64,000 nucleotides of DNA, from the NCBI GenBank assembly GCA_017441705.1, contig JAFRWU010000044.1:43042-107041 (forward strand), written 5' to 3'. The notes under the pieces are model-generated. The model did no database searches. It was not told the DNA's origin and saw only the letters and a program-made list of their open reading frames with translations. This document shows positions 63,625 to 64,000 of this stretch, in pieces. This DNA is from Clostridia bacterium. GTDB taxonomy: Bacteria; Bacillota; Clostridia; Oscillospirales; QAMX01. The position numbers were made by a program, and so were the translations under genes. Positions within the stretch are counted from its first letter, which is position 1. Each line of letters opens with the position of its first letter.

Positions 63625-64000
63625 AGTCTTTTCCGCGGGATCAGAGTGCGCAGATACGCCCTGATCCTGTACCCGAAGAGCGAACAGAGGAGCGTCGCGG
63701 CGACCAGCCCGGCCGTCCCTCCGACCACGGCCCCCGGCAGCCCTCCGCCCATCAGGCGGAAAGCTGCTTTTTCGCATAGCACCGCGAAAAGCGCGGCGGC
63801 AAAGGGCCGGAAGAGGATCCGTTTCCACGAAAGACGGAGCCGCAGACCGAAGCGGAGCATCCCCGCGTTGGAAAGCGCCGCGGCGAAGGAGCCGACCGCC
63901 ATCCCCACGACCTGTCCCAGAATGCCGAAGGCCGGATCCTTCGCAAGGAACCACGTGACGGTCAGATGGATCGCTCCTCCGACCAGACCGCTGAACATCG
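63459..64000 (-). CDS. C-terminal part of a MOP-superfamily flippase (SpoVB/MurJ-like); gene continues beyond the right edge
   Basis: Hydrophobic helices typical of the last TMs of SpoVB/MurJ-type proteins (GLVGGAIHLTVTWFL, GMAVGSFAAALSNAGMLRF, LPGAVVGGTAGLVAATLLCSLFGY). The last ~55 codons are a basic/Ser-rich tail that overlaps the convergent gene. Confidence 0.6.
   Translation of the reverse strand, partial: MFSGLVGGAIHLTVTWFLAKDPAFGILGQVVGMAVGSFAAALSNAGMLRFGLRLRLSWKRILFRPFAAALFAVLCEKAAFRLMGGGLPGAVVGGTAGLVAATLLCSLFGYRIRAYLRTLIPRKRLQNLASGRSTRLPPESAEETAASAYRTASGSRSASEGRRSRGSLSRRARRKPEKA

Noticed and set aside
62929-63954. 341-aa minus-strand ORF spanning the Gfo-like gene and part of the flippase region, together with the other short ORFs at 62570-63410.
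   Set aside because: It is extremely Arg/Gly-rich and antisense or out of frame to the two better-supported genes, with no start signals.
1-64000. Search for tRNA, rRNA, tmRNA, CRISPR repeats, IS elements with inverted repeats, integrases and riboswitch-sized leaders.
   Set aside because: Non-coding gaps are short (the largest are 376 and 305 nt) and are accounted for by promoters, leaders and terminators. I saw no cloverleaf-like or rRNA-like sequence and no spaced direct repeats. I could not run tRNAscan or Infernal, so small RNAs cannot be fully excluded.

Overview
This is a GC-rich, densely coding chromosomal segment with about 52 protein genes and little unexplained space. It reads as core or near-core genome of a spore-forming Clostridia-class Firmicute. 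That taxonomic call is an inference from spoIIR, a SpoVB/MurJ-like flippase, a small site-2 protease, stp-prkC-rsgA, the ecfA-ecfA'-ecfT-truA cluster, addBA and a long Gram-positive-type galT. Product calls rest on motifs I could read in the translations and on remembered family signatures. No HMM or BLAST search was possible, so DUF and family names are provisional.

Gene blocks:
- hflX(partial)-rpmE-PPIase-SNF2/SWIM helicase (minus strand).
- XRE/S24 repressor and aqpZ (plus strand).
- galT and a serine hydrolase (minus strand).
- An 11-kb plus-strand block: ACT/UPF0210 pair, methyltransferase, ECF energizing module, truA, cvpA, a clpE-like unfoldase and upp.
- An accessory-looking minus-strand block (22.3-31.6 kb): MFS transporter, PMI-like cupin, small proteins, GNAT, GH39-like, GH28 and a DMT-like permease.
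- A single ABC exporter (plus strand).
- A roughly 21-kb co-directional minus-strand array from an Lrp regulator to an acyl-CoA synthetase. It includes ispE, spoIIR, addBA, GH13, glpP, stp, prkC, rsgA and rluB.
- A two-gene cohesin/dockerin surface module.
- A small sporulation-flavoured end region.

Most operon starts sit on AT-rich islands carrying near-consensus TTGACA-17-TATAAT promoters. Several convergent gene ends carry clear hairpin terminators. I saw no rRNA, tRNA, CRISPR array, transposase, integrase, phage gene or recognisable defence gene.

I cannot support a claim of a new multi-gene defence-type system here. The most unusual feature is a self-contained, non-cellulosomal cohesin-dockerin pair that appears to dock an SH3b/GH73-like wall hydrolase onto a membrane-anchored stalk protein containing a (KETQ)n repeat. 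Lesser oddities:
- A terminator-like leader in front of the ABC exporter.
- A divergent SNF2/SWIM helicase and XRE-S24 repressor pair.
- A 42-bp coding repeat and extra C-terminal domain in PrkC.
- An orphan GlpP antiterminator behind a GH13 gene.
- Two long convergent 3' gene overlaps.
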